Virus record (IMG/VR): IMGVR_UViG_3300037512_001384
Location: 6,442-70,441 of that record
Direction: 5' to 3' (one strand)
Length of the DNA stretch: 64,000 bases
Origin: a virus
Position numbers and translations under genes: made by a program. Below, piece by piece: positions 8,223-17,439 of the stretch (within the stretch, counting starts at the first letter, position 1; each line of letters opens with the position of its first letter). The notes under the pieces are model-generated. The model searched no databases. It saw only the letters and a list, made by a program, of their open reading frames with translations, and was not told where the DNA came from.

Positions 8223-8681
8223 ATGCACAAACACAACTATTTCGTATCGGTTTTTGTTCACGGTAGGCATGTCAACTCGTATTTCAGCGAGGATCTTGAT
8301 GACCTCGTAACCATAAAGGTTATGAATGGTCCGGACTGTGAGCTGTCGATATTCGACATTAGCCGGTTTGTGCTTCTTACAGCCGAGCAGGTGGAGATAG
8401 AGATAGTCAAATCCAGGAACAGATGGAAGAAATCCCTGGAGAAACATATCGAAGAACCTCCTGAAGAGCCGATTGAGGAGGAGGTGGAGGAGAAACCGAA
8501 GAAGAGCTATGTATGGAAACGACCTGTGTTGTGCGTTGAGACCGGACAGGTATTCAAGTCCATACGTGAATGCTCGGATAAGGTTGGTATCCCATATATG
8601 ACAATAACCAATTGTATCAAGAACAAGAACGCCACGAGAGGCGTTCATTTTATTCAACTTGAAGAAGACGAGACGGAGTGA
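8223..8681 (+). CDS. hypothetical protein with C-terminal helix-turn-helix-like module
   Basis: VLCVETGQVFKSIRECSDKVGIPYMTITNCIKNK resembles small DNA-binding modules. The fully overlapping minus-strand ORF looks non-coding. Confidence 0.5.
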   Translation: MHKHNYFVSVFVHGRHVNSYFSEDLDDLVTIKVMNGPDCELSIFDISRFVLLTAEQVEIEIVKSRNRWKKSLEKHIEEPPEEPIEEEVEEKPKKSYVWKRPVLCVETGQVFKSIRECSDKVGIPYMTITNCIKNKNATRGVHFIQLEEDETE

Positions 8682-9118
8682 TGAGACAGAAAACGATAGT
8701 CTTTGCCGTCATAGCAATGACGTGTGCCGCATTCATAGTGCTGCTTGGCGAGGCATGGCCGTTGATCCCCTTCATCTTGGCCGTATGGTGCGCAGTCAGA
8801 TGCTTCAATATAGAGAACGACCATGAGCCCTTTGACCGGGTGATTGCCGCCATGAGTGAGGCGAGCGGATTGGATACAGACTCGCTTCTTAAGAACACCA
8901 ACAAAAGGGACATCGTGTCATGCCGTTATCTGCTGTTCCTCTTCCTGTATGACAAATGGGAGTGGACAACGGGGCAGATAGGTCGTGCGTTCGGACGCGA
9001 CCATTCGACCGTGACTTACGGCATCAAGAGAGCCCGCGACTTCCTGTCGTTGGCATCCTACAAGAAAGAACAAGACATCTATGCCAAATTCCTGGCACAG
9101 ATACACAATATGGAGTAA
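8678..9118 (+). CDS. membrane-anchored protein with DnaA domain-IV-like HTH
   Basis: N-terminal hydrophobic helices. C-terminal WTTGQIGRAFGRDHSTVTYGIKRARD resembles the DnaA C-terminal DNA-binding domain. Confidence 0.5.
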   Translation: MMRQKTIVFAVIAMTCAAFIVLLGEAWPLIPFILAVWCAVRCFNIENDHEPFDRVIAAMSEASGLDTDSLLKNTNKRDIVSCRYLLFLFLYDKWEWTTGQIGRAFGRDHSTVTYGIKRARDFLSLASYKKEQDIYAKFLAQIHNME

Positions 9119-9292
9119 GCTAACTGGCATTTCTTTTTTATTTGGTTTATCCGGTCCCGTATGCAGTGATGTATGCGCGGCGGGTCTGCAGACGATGTGG
9201 TGCGGAGGTTTCTGGATTCGTTAGTTACTTGGAAGTAAAGTCATCTGCAGCAAGCGGGGCGGTTTGACAGCCTCCCCGCTGACTATATGGTC

Positions 9293-9363
9293 GGTCGTAT
9301 GGCGTAATGGTAGCGCAACAGACTTTGGTTCTGTGTGTCCCGGTTCGATTCCAGGTACGACTA
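9293..9363 (+). tRNA. tRNA-Gln (anticodon UUG)
   Basis: Manual cloverleaf: acceptor GGTCGTA/TACGACT (G1-U72), anticodon stem ACAGA/TCTGT, loop CTTTGGT, T arm CCCGG-TTCGATT-CCAGG (one C-A mismatch). No encoded CCA. Confidence 0.8.
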
Positions 9364-9374
9364 CAAATTATTTC

Positions 9375-9464
9375 AGGGGAAATAAAACCTGAATCGGGGA
9401 AATTTTATCGCCCCAAAATGTGAGAGAAAGGCAATATTGGGAAATCAAAGGAAAATTTCCCCTG
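9375..9464. repeat. 10-bp inverted repeat CAGGGGAAAT / ATTTCCCCTG with internal GGGGAAAT-like copies, followed by a T-run
   Basis: Arms at 9375-9384 and 9455-9464. Related copies at 9395-9404 and 9438-9446. TTTTT at 9465-9469. Confidence 0.7.
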
Positions 9465-9498
9465 TTTTTCAGGTCAAACGGAACAACAAGAAAACAAC

Positions 9499-9909
9499 AT
9501 GATAGATAACCCTTATGACAGCAGAGACCCGCGTTTCGAGCCTGATCCCATACCGGTAGGTTTTATGAAGACGGTCATAGTCACCTTAAGCAAGGAGGTT
9601 AAACTTGAAACCACCGCCTATGAGGACCACATTGATTGTGACGGTAAAGGTTACTGCACTGAGATTGTCGGCGAGACCGATTGGGAACAGGTGTTCAAGG
9701 ATGAGCACAGGACCATACCGCAGCTTCTTGAACTGCTTGAGAAAGAGTGTGAGCGTAAGAAACAGGCGTTGGAGAGATACTTCGGTGTCCTGGAGTGCCA
9801 GGGTGAGAAACCCACAAAGGAGCTGCTGGATAAGAAGAGATACTGGGAGAGTGTCATTGAGGACTGCCGTAACTGGAAGGTTGACGAGATAGACATTGAT
9901 GATATTTGA
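9499..9909 (+). CDS. hypothetical protein
   Basis: ORF-track ORF in the rightward gene train. No motif recognised. Confidence 0.5.
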   Translation: MIDNPYDSRDPRFEPDPIPVGFMKTVIVTLSKEVKLETTAYEDHIDCDGKGYCTEIVGETDWEQVFKDEHRTIPQLLELLEKECERKKQALERYFGVLECQGEKPTKELLDKKRYWESVIEDCRNWKVDEIDIDDI

Positions 9910-9915
9910 TGACCT

Positions 9916-10176
9916 ATGGACGAGATTCAAAGAGAACAATTAAGAGCTGTTGAAATAGCCTTATGTTCCATTAACGGGTATGTAGCACGAGACAAAGACG
10001 GTTCACTCTGGTTTCATTACAAAGAACCCCATAAGGAGAATGACATTGAGGAAACATGGTGGGGAAGTAACGATAAAGCATTTGAGATATTTGACAGCGA
10101 CTTTCCTCAGTTCAAGGATTTGCGTTGGCCGCAAGAGCCGGTTAAGGTTCAATTAGCGATACAGTTGAGTCAATAG
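9916..10176 (+). CDS. hypothetical protein
   Basis: ORF-track ORF in the rightward gene train. Confidence 0.5.
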   Translation: MDEIQREQLRAVEIALCSINGYVARDKDGSLWFHYKEPHKENDIEETWWGSNDKAFEIFDSDFPQFKDLRWPQEPVKVQLAIQLSQ

Positions 10177-10178
10177 AT

Positions 10179-10403
10179 ATGGAACCAAAATACATAGATT
10201 TCGGGGTTGCACCTTATGCCCTGCCTGATGTCTGTGAGGCATTATACAACAACGGGATAACCAATGGATTCCTCACTGTCGAAGACGGCGATATTCATGT
10301 TAGATGGCAATATGACATCAACCGCAAATCCAAACATCACGCAAAAACAAACGTCGATGGCTGCAATGAACAATCAGAAAACAAAGGCAAGCAGGATTCC
10401 TGA
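10179..10403 (+). CDS. hypothetical protein
   Basis: ORF-track ORF starting 3 nt after the previous stop. Confidence 0.4.
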   Translation: MEPKYIDFGVAPYALPDVCEALYNNGITNGFLTVEDGDIHVRWQYDINRKSKHHAKTNVDGCNEQSENKGKQDS

Positions 10404-10806
10404 GCTGAACGTAACCAATGAAGTTCCCCCCAAGACCGTCATCAAACACATGGCGCGTGAGAGGGGTAAACTTCTCGCCTATATCGATGAGCTTGAGGAA
10501 AAGCTCAAACGTAAGGACGAAGCCATTGCCGAGTTCAAGAAATGGCAAGCCAAGGTCGCAGATTACAAATGGCACTATTGGCTGAGCGAAGGCATCAAGC
10601 TCATGGAGGAACCGCCAGACAAGACCATGCTTAACGCGCTGAAGCATCTGTTGGGTTGTCACCGGATCTTCGACGAGTGGCAGAAAAAGGTGGTCAACGC
10701 ATGGGAGCAATACAAGAAAGCCAAGGAGAAGTTTAAGAACGCTCTGGAGGCTCAGAATAAAACTGAAAAGAAAGAAACATCACAAGATGGAAAAGATACC
10801 GTTTAA
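10357..10806 (+). CDS. hypothetical coiled-coil protein (start uncertain)
   Basis: ORF 10264-10806 trimmed to an internal ATG. Alternative starts at 10312 or 10450. Confidence 0.4.
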   Translation: MAAMNNQKTKASRIPELNVTNEVPPKTVIKHMARERGKLLAYIDELEEKLKRKDEAIAEFKKWQAKVADYKWHYWLSEGIKLMEEPPDKTMLNALKHLLGCHRIFDEWQKKVVNAWEQYKKAKEKFKNALEAQNKTEKKETSQDGKDTV

Positions 10807-11374
10807 CCCCAAATTCAGACCGCAGATTGAGTCCGGCGAATACCGTGTCGAGACCCGTTGCGGCTATCCGGTGCAGATTGTCTGTTGGAATCTCCGAGAC
10901 ACCAAGCATGAGGATGATACTCATAAACGCACCATACTTGGTCTTATAGACTGTGGCGACGGAACATTCGGACATGAGGTATTCAACTCAGAAGGATTAT
11001 ACATGCCGATTGCACAATCCAATATGGATTTGTTTGTCGTGACGGAAAATGTGCAACTGACGAAGTTCGAGAGCCGCTTATGTGAGATTCTTGATTACGC
11101 AATGCGTCACCCTGAAGATTCTCCAAATGCGATAATCTCTGTTGTCAAGCAGAAACTTTCTCCTGAGCTGATGGATTTAGCCCGAAAGGAGATAAAGACA
11201 GACGGTCCGAAATGGAGGATGGCTAAAGCCGGTACACGATTCGATAGCGATGCTGTTATTGTCGGCATAGGTGACGATAAGGACCCAAGGCTTGTAAGAT
11301 GTGCCGTGAATGACTGTTGGTATATCTTGGTGAAGGACCTGGTAGAGAAACTTACAAGTGAATTATCATTATGA
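10787..11374 (+). CDS. hypothetical protein
   Basis: ORF-track ORF. Confidence 0.5.
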   Translation: MEKIPFNPKFRPQIESGEYRVETRCGYPVQIVCWNLRDTKHEDDTHKRTILGLIDCGDGTFGHEVFNSEGLYMPIAQSNMDLFVVTENVQLTKFESRLCEILDYAMRHPEDSPNAIISVVKQKLSPELMDLARKEIKTDGPKWRMAKAGTRFDSDAVIVGIGDDKDPRLVRCAVNDCWYILVKDLVEKLTSELSL

Positions 11375-11952
11375 AACCTAAAGTTAAATTCTTGGAAGTA
11401 GGACGATATGTCCGTTGGATGTCACCCGAAGGTTACATGATGGCGGGTAAGATACTGGATGCGCCGGGAACGAACCGACAGAACCAATCAGTCTATCCCA
11501 TAGAACTTCTCAACGGCACCAAAACTGCCGTCAACGCCGATAAGCTGGAGGTGATCCCCAACTCACGAAAGAATATGTCTGCATCCGGCAAGCTGGCGCT
11601 TAAGAAAGAAATAGAAAACATAAACAATATGAAGAAAGGAAACAACCCCAATCAGAACGGAGGTATAGACCAGACCGCGTTACTCAAGGCTCGTGAAGCA
11701 GAGATAAGCGACCTGAAAGATAATCTCTCTCGTGGCAAACAGGAGTATGCAGAACTGCAGGCGAAGTTCGACGAGCTATCCAAGATGCGTGAGGAAACGC
11801 CTGTTAAGATTGATGTCATCCGCTCAGTCACCGAAGAGTTAAAGCAGTTGGTAAACGACCTTCTGTCCGACGAACAAGGTGAGACTGTGGAAACGAAAGC
11901 TGTGGCTCGTGGTCTGCTTCCGACTATCTATAAACTTGTAACACTGTGCTGA
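11371..11952 (+). CDS. hypothetical coiled-coil protein
   Basis: ATGA overlap with the previous gene. Confidence 0.5.
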   Translation: MKPKVKFLEVGRYVRWMSPEGYMMAGKILDAPGTNRQNQSVYPIELLNGTKTAVNADKLEVIPNSRKNMSASGKLALKKEIENINNMKKGNNPNQNGGIDQTALLKAREAEISDLKDNLSRGKQEYAELQAKFDELSKMREETPVKIDVIRSVTEELKQLVNDLLSDEQGETVETKAVARGLLPTIYKLVTLC

Positions 11953-11964
11953 CATTAAACAGCA

Positions 11965-12438
11965 TTGACTGCCATGTTTGACTTGGAGAAACTGAAAGAT
12001 AATAACTGCATCTTTTGGGTGTTCATGTGGCCGGAGATACGCAGGGTTGCTTATGAACACGGCTGGGCTGTTGCCTTGCACGGCTCAATAGTACATGACC
12101 TTGACCTTATGGCGATGCCCTGGGTTGAGGAGCATTCTTCTGCCGACGTCCTTGCAGAGAAACTGTCTGAGGTTATCGGTACGAAATATGATGCGCCGAA
12201 GCGTGTCGCCAAGGATGATGGCGGAAAACCCAATAACAGGGTTGTCTATACCATCATATCCGGTCAGACATGGATTGACCTCAATGTCATCAAGGAGGTT
12301 GAGCCGCATGAAATGACATGGCAGGACATCGAGAAGATAGTCAGCATTGCTGATGCACTTGTCCATGACAAGAAGTTTACCAACACCAAAGAAGGTTATT
12401 ATACTGAGATACTTGAACGATTCAAAAAAGAGAAATAA
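11965..12438 (+). CDS. hypothetical protein
   Basis: ORF-track ORF. Confidence 0.5.
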   Translation: MTAMFDLEKLKDNNCIFWVFMWPEIRRVAYEHGWAVALHGSIVHDLDLMAMPWVEEHSSADVLAEKLSEVIGTKYDAPKRVAKDDGGKPNNRVVYTIISGQTWIDLNVIKEVEPHEMTWQDIEKIVSIADALVHDKKFTNTKEGYYTEILERFKKEK

Positions 12439-12439
12439 C

Positions 12440-12895
12440 ATGTGTGATAATGTTATGTGCGGTGATAACCGCTTTCAGATCATAGCTGCCGCGAAGAAGG
12501 ATATGCTGGAGAAAACCAACATTGAAACCTCAGAGGACGAGATGAAGGTGTTGGACAACTTCCTATTCCGTTGTTGGCAGATGGGATGGCTTGAGAAGTA
12601 TAACAGCACCTCTCACGCTATCACGGAAGAAGTTCGTGATGCGGCGATAGACTTCTTCAAATATCAGCCTGAACCCAACCGTTCGCGGCTTATCGAACAG
12701 GCTATCCTTGGTGCCGAATGGAGGTACTTGAACAAAGATAAGCCCTATGAGGCTATGTACCGAGAGAAAGATATCAGATATCCGATACCCGAAGGTGGTC
12801 GCACCTACGCTGCGGCAATGGATTGCAGTGCCTTTGAGTATGGCGCAGGGCTTGCTTATGAGTTCATAAGACGTAAACACAAGGAGAAAGTATGA
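12440..12895 (+). CDS. hypothetical protein
   Basis: ORF 12347-12895 trimmed to MCDNVMCG, directly after the previous stop. Confidence 0.5.
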   Translation: MCDNVMCGDNRFQIIAAAKKDMLEKTNIETSEDEMKVLDNFLFRCWQMGWLEKYNSTSHAITEEVRDAAIDFFKYQPEPNRSRLIEQAILGAEWRYLNKDKPYEAMYREKDIRYPIPEGGRTYAAAMDCSAFEYGAGLAYEFIRRKHKEKV

Positions 12896-13029
12896 AAGTG
12901 TTGTTTATTATAATCATTGCCGTGGTGTTCCTCTTGCTTCTCAACAACATGGATGACCGGTTGCTGTACATAGAGAACTACCTGCGTCAGATCAAGGATT
13001 TGCTTCACGAAATCAAGAGCAAGTTATGA
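12892..13029 (+). CDS. small membrane protein (45 aa, not in ORF track)
   Basis: MKVLFIIIIAVVFLLLLNN.. hydrophobic helix. ATGA overlaps at both ends. Confidence 0.45.
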   Translation: MKVLFIIIIAVVFLLLLNNMDDRLLYIENYLRQIKDLLHEIKSKL

Positions 13030-13205
13030 GAATCATTCAATCTACTATAATCATCGACGAGAAACTGCCGGACATCATGGTGCAGTTCAAAGCCGACAAT
13101 AATGTGACGGTCTGGGATGATTTGTCACGCGAGGAACAGATAGCCGCGCTTAACGCTATGGCTGGTACTTGTTCTCTGTTTTCAAAAAACATAAAGAAAC
13201 CATAA
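13026..13205 (+). CDS. hypothetical protein (59 aa, not in ORF track)
   Basis: MRIIQSTIIIDEKLPD..; overlapping start and stop codons with both neighbours. Confidence 0.4.
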   Translation: MRIIQSTIIIDEKLPDIMVQFKADNNVTVWDDLSREEQIAALNAMAGTCSLFSKNIKKP

Positions 13206-13543
13206 TGAAAATCAACTATAAGGAGATACCCCCAACCGTCCGAATCGGGGGGGCGAACATCGAGATTCGTCAGGTCGAGAGATGTTCGAGTAATAACCTC
13301 GGAGAATGCTGCATCGCAGGCAGCTACATCGAGATTGCCGAGAAATTCGACAAGTGTGACCAGCAGAGCCAAGATAGCAAGCGCAACACTTTCTATCACG
13401 AATTGACTCATGCTATTCTCGATACTATGGGTGAGACTACGCTGAGCAGGAACGAGAAGTTCGTATGCGGATTCTCCAGCTTCCTGTGCGAAGCTATGAC
13501 CCACGCACGCTTTCAGGTTATGGAAGAAGACAACCAAGAGTAA
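13205..13543 (+). CDS. putative zinc metallopeptidase (HExxH)
   Basis: FYHELTHAIL motif. ORF trimmed to MKINYKEI. Confidence 0.5.
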   Translation: MKINYKEIPPTVRIGGANIEIRQVERCSSNNLGECCIAGSYIEIAEKFDKCDQQSQDSKRNTFYHELTHAILDTMGETTLSRNEKFVCGFSSFLCEAMTHARFQVMEEDNQE

Positions 13544-13554
13544 TCATCTGAACA

Positions 13555-14334
13555 ATGGGTACAAAAATAGAGTGGACCAACAAGGTATGGAATCCCGTAT
13601 CGGGCTGCACTAAGGTCAGTGAGGCTTGCCAGAACTGTTATGCTGAAGTGATGGCAAGACGTCTGAGCGGAATGCCTGGCAGCAAGGAGAAATACAAGGA
13701 TGGATTCAAGGTGACGATTCACCCGGAAAGCCTCTATGAGCCTTACAAGTGGAAGAAACCATGCATGGTCTTCGTTTGCTCTATGGGCGACCTGTTCCAT
13801 GATGATGTTCCTATCCAGTTCATTGACGAGGTGATGAACGTGATCAGCGAGAATCCGCAGCACACGTTCCAAATTCTCACCAAGCGGGCTGGAGCGATGT
13901 ATTCATATTTTCAACATGAGGATGTTCCGAAGAACGCATGGCTCGGTGTCACCTGCGAGAGTGCCAAACATTATGACAGGGTGAGTCTTCTCCGTGATAT
14001 TAACCGTGTGAGTCTTCTCACCGATTTCCATAGCAAGACTGTCAAGTTCCTGTCATGCGAGCCTCTGTTGGGTGACATGGCGGATATAAACCTTGACGGT
14101 ATTGATTGGGTGATTACAGGAGGCGAAAGCGGTTCGCGAGCCCGAAGGACACCGATTGAATGGTTTCGGAATCTTCGTGACAGGTGTGTCGAGACCGGCA
14201 CGCCTTTCTTTTTCAAGCAATGGGGTGCGTTCGGCCCGGATGGTATCAAACGCAGCAAATATCTGAACGGTTCTGTACTGGACGGTCAGCAGTGGAAACA
14301 GATGCCACTTATAAAGCAAGACGATAATGATTGA
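13555..14334 (+). CDS. phage Gp37/Gp68 family protein (DUF5131)
   Basis: IEWTNKVWNPVSGCTKVSEACQNCYAEVMARRL N-terminal signature and GGESG block. Contains an in-frame 27-bp duplication (RVSLLRDIN/RVSLLTDFH). Confidence 0.7.
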   Translation: MGTKIEWTNKVWNPVSGCTKVSEACQNCYAEVMARRLSGMPGSKEKYKDGFKVTIHPESLYEPYKWKKPCMVFVCSMGDLFHDDVPIQFIDEVMNVISENPQHTFQILTKRAGAMYSYFQHEDVPKNAWLGVTCESAKHYDRVSLLRDINRVSLLTDFHSKTVKFLSCEPLLGDMADINLDGIDWVITGGESGSRARRTPIEWFRNLRDRCVETGTPFFFKQWGAFGPDGIKRSKYLNGSVLDGQQWKQMPLIKQDDND

Positions 14335-16063
14335 CGAATTAGACAAGCAACTGCAGTATATCAAGACTTGCCCTCACTATACGGTCTTTGCCATAGACCT
14401 TTTCTGTGGCGCGGGCGGTGAAACGACAGGTATTGAACTGGCTATGGTGGATGGTAAGAAATGCGCCAAGGTCATAGCCTGCGTCAACCATGATCCGAAC
14501 GCTATTGCATCTCATGCTGCGAATCACCAATCCGTTCTGCATTATATCGAAGATATACGTACCCTCAACTTAGGCGGATTGGAGCAGTTGACGGAAGCTG
14601 TCCGGACTTTTCATCCAGGTTCATATATCCTGTTGCACGCTTCACTTGAATGTACAAACTTCTCCAAGGCCAAGGGTGGTCAACCACGTGACGCAGACTC
14701 CCGAACTCTGGCTGAGCATCTATTCCGATACATTGAGGCTATCAGACCGGATTATATCCAGATAGAGAATGTGGAAGAGTTTATGTGCTGGGGAGAGCTC
14801 GACAAGAACGGCAAGCCTTTGAGTAAAGACCGGGGTAGCAGTTATGTTCGTTGGGTGAACAACGTCAAACATTATGGGTATGATTTTGACTACAGGTTGC
14901 TTAACGCAGCTGATTTTGGCGCATACACAAGCCGTAAGCGCTTTTTCGGTCTTTTCGCCCGTCATGGATTACCGCTTGTCTTCCCGCATCAGACCTATGC
15001 GAAGAACGGTGACGAAGGTGGGCTTTTCCATCAGTACCGGAAATGGAAACCTGTACGTGAGGTGTTAGACCTGCAGGATGAAGGGGAAAGCATCTTTGGT
15101 AGAAAGAAACCGTTATGTGAAGCTACATTGGAGCGCATCTATGCAGGATTGGTGAAGTTTGTGGCAGGAGGTAAGCAGAAATGTGACGCCTGGATCCTAA
15201 AGTACAACTCCATGAATAAAGATAGAAGCCATAATGCACCCTCTATCGACGAGCCCTGTCCTACTGTTGCTGTGCAAAACAGATTAGGTTTATGCAAGTG
15301 TAATTTCCTGAGTCTGTATTATGGTGGCGCAGAGCATAACCAATCTATTGAAGAGCCAGCGGGTACTGTGACAACCAAAGACCATCATGCTTTCCTTTCG
15401 GTTCATTATGGACACGGTTGTAATAGAGATATTGACAAGCCTTCACCTACTGTGACATGCCAGGACAGAATTGAGCTTATTTCAAGCCAGTTCTTTGCCA
15501 ATGAGTATAGTGGCGGAGGACAGCTTTCTGATATAGAGAAACCTTCACCCGCTATACTTACCAAACCGAAACAGCATTTAGTCACGGCTAAACGCTGGCT
15601 GGCGAATACCAACTTCAAGAATGTGGGTAGCAGCATAGATTCTCCAGCACCGGTAGTGACAGCCAACTATAAGTACCACTATCTGATGAATCCGCAGTTT
15701 GCATCTGCAGGAGGTTCCATAGACAAGCCCTGTTTCACATTGATAGCCCGGATGGACAAGATGCCTCCGTATCTGATAAGCACAGAGAGCGGAGAAGTCG
15801 GAATCGCTGTATATGATTCGGATTCATCAATGACGTGCAAGGTCAAAGAGTTCATGGCTGCATACGGTATAGTGGATATCAAGATGCGTATGCTGAATGT
15901 GGGTGAACTTAAACGTATCATGGGCTTCCCTGATGATTATGTGCTTATCGGCACTCAGGCAGAGCAGAAGAAATATATAGGCAATGCCGTGGAGGTAAAT
16001 ATGTCCCGTATGTTATGTGAAGCACTTGCTACTAAATTAAACCTCACAAGACAAGCAATATGA
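14327..16063 (+). CDS. DNA (cytosine-5) methyltransferase with an expanded, repetitive target-recognition region
   Basis: Motif I DLFCGAGG, catalytic-region variant ECTNFS, IENVEEF, RKRFFG, GNAVEV. Six I(D/E)xPxPT-like repeats between motifs VIII and IX. Confidence 0.85.
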   Translation: MIDELDKQLQYIKTCPHYTVFAIDLFCGAGGETTGIELAMVDGKKCAKVIACVNHDPNAIASHAANHQSVLHYIEDIRTLNLGGLEQLTEAVRTFHPGSYILLHASLECTNFSKAKGGQPRDADSRTLAEHLFRYIEAIRPDYIQIENVEEFMCWGELDKNGKPLSKDRGSSYVRWVNNVKHYGYDFDYRLLNAADFGAYTSRKRFFGLFARHGLPLVFPHQTYAKNGDEGGLFHQYRKWKPVREVLDLQDEGESIFGRKKPLCEATLERIYAGLVKFVAGGKQKCDAWILKYNSMNKDRSHNAPSIDEPCPTVAVQNRLGLCKCNFLSLYYGGAEHNQSIEEPAGTVTTKDHHAFLSVHYGHGCNRDIDKPSPTVTCQDRIELISSQFFANEYSGGGQLSDIEKPSPAILTKPKQHLVTAKRWLANTNFKNVGSSIDSPAPVVTANYKYHYLMNPQFASAGGSIDKPCFTLIARMDKMPPYLISTESGEVGIAVYDSDSSMTCKVKEFMAAYGIVDIKMRMLNVGELKRIMGFPDDYVLIGTQAEQKKYIGNAVEVNMSRMLCEALATKLNLTRQAI

Positions 16064-16392
16064 ATATTATTTGTATGACAGAGGAGTTCTGGGCGAACTC
16101 ACAATTCAGCGTAGCAAGATATTATGGACGTATAGGAATTGACGGGCATGATTTCTTGATTGTAAACAAGGAAGGTAAGGATGTGTTCCAGTGTTCCGCC
16201 GAAGCAGAAAAGGATGGTCGTGAACATGCCATTGAGCCGGGTGAACCTGCAGACCTTTGCCGTTCTGATTTCGTCAAGTATTACAAGGAACTCAAACGTG
16301 ACAGATTCCTTGAAGTGTTGCGCGAGAATCCCAATGCCAGCGATAAGGAGCTATTAGAAATATTCAAACAACTGACAGCAAAGAAGAAATGA
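16060..16392 (+). CDS. hypothetical protein
   Basis: ATGA overlap with the methyltransferase stop. Confidence 0.5.
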   Translation: MNIICMTEEFWANSQFSVARYYGRIGIDGHDFLIVNKEGKDVFQCSAEAEKDGREHAIEPGEPADLCRSDFVKYYKELKRDRFLEVLRENPNASDKELLEIFKQLTAKKK

Positions 16393-16526
16393 AGTGCTAT
16401 TTCAACAACCGGACAGTGAATGATAGTGTTTGTTCTTCCTGTACGCTAAAGAATGAATGTGTTGCTTATAACACACGGCAGACAGAGCATGTCAGTTCCG
16501 GAACCCCAGTAAACGTTTATATATGA
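16389..16526 (+). CDS. small Cys-rich protein (45 aa, not in ORF track)
   Basis: MKCYFNNRTVNDSVCSSCTLKNECVAYN..; ATGA overlaps at both ends. Confidence 0.35.
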   Translation: MKCYFNNRTVNDSVCSSCTLKNECVAYNTRQTEHVSSGTPVNVYI

Positions 16527-17125
16527 AACTTGCATCACATAATACCTTCAGCTATCTGCCGGTACGCAAATGGTGGATGAAGCCTTTCGCATGGATGGCA
16601 CGCTGCCAGAGAATAACCACATATCAGCAGTTTAGATGTGGCGCTCGCTTCTTTGACTTAAGGGTCAGATTTGACAAGAAGAGAGAGCGAATAATATGTC
16701 ATGGGCTTATTGAGTATATGGACAATGAAGATACTTTGTCCGTTGCTCTTTCGATTCTTGATCATAAGGGTAGCTGCGGGATGAGGGTGGTCCTCGAAAC
16801 GAACAAGAGTGATGAGTTTCAGGAAGGTTGTTTCCGCCAATACTGCAGACACCTTCAAAATGAGTTTCCTAACATCATCTTCTGTGGCGGTAACAATCGC
16901 ACTGATTGGGGTTGCAAGCATCCCATATACGATTTCGGCAATCCACTTCCGGATATTGAGCATAAGTATTCAAGTACAACGAGCCTCTTTCCGAACGGTC
17001 CCAAGTGGCTGAGGCGTATCGATGACCTCTGTCCTTGGTATTATGCCAAACATCACAACAAGGAGAATCTTGAGAAGGGGACGAGCCATGAGTTTCTGAT
17101 GATTGACTTTGTTGATATACAGTGA
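16523..17125 (+). CDS. hypothetical protein (possible PLC-like phosphodiesterase fold)
   Basis: SHNTFSY..GARFFDLRV resembles the PI-PLC X-domain start. Weak. Confidence 0.35.
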   Translation: MKLASHNTFSYLPVRKWWMKPFAWMARCQRITTYQQFRCGARFFDLRVRFDKKRERIICHGLIEYMDNEDTLSVALSILDHKGSCGMRVVLETNKSDEFQEGCFRQYCRHLQNEFPNIIFCGGNNRTDWGCKHPIYDFGNPLPDIEHKYSSTTSLFPNGPKWLRRIDDLCPWYYAKHHNKENLEKGTSHEFLMIDFVDIQ

Positions 17126-17439
17126 TGAAGAAATTAGACGAGTTATGTATTGCCAACGCTGTGGTCGCTCATGGTACTATGGCGGGTCTTCCTGTATATG
17201 AGCCTCCATATTATTGGTGGATAACCGATATAGAAAGGCGCATGTGGGTGCGAGAAGAAATGCGCAGGTATGGCAATAAATTACTGCATTTGCAACTCAG
17301 TAAGTACAATAAGCGTTACACAAAAATAGCTAATGAGTTGTTTGTACACAGCAATATGGGTTTTGCCGATATTGGTAGAACCCTTGGCTATCAGGGTTCA
17401 CTCTGGATGGCAAACGAATTTAACAAACACACAATATGA
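17122..17439 (+). CDS. hypothetical protein
   Basis: Overlapping start and stop. Confidence 0.5.
   Translation: MMKKLDELCIANAVVAHGTMAGLPVYEPPYYWWITDIERRMWVREEMRRYGNKLLHLQLSKYNKRYTKIANELFVHSNMGFADIGRTLGYQGSLWMANEFNKHTI

Noticed and set aside
8199-8657. 152-aa minus-strand ORF that would be a third leftward gene in the rightward block
   Set aside because: It overlaps the plus-strand ORF 8223-8681 completely. The plus-strand product has a recognisable HTH-like C-terminus and a charged linker, while the minus-strand translation looks like noise. No flanking inverted repeats.
10179-10806. Possible programmed frameshift joining ORFs 10179-10403 and 10264-10806
   Set aside because: There is no slippery heptamer or downstream structure at the overlap. 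Internal ATG starts explain the second ORF.
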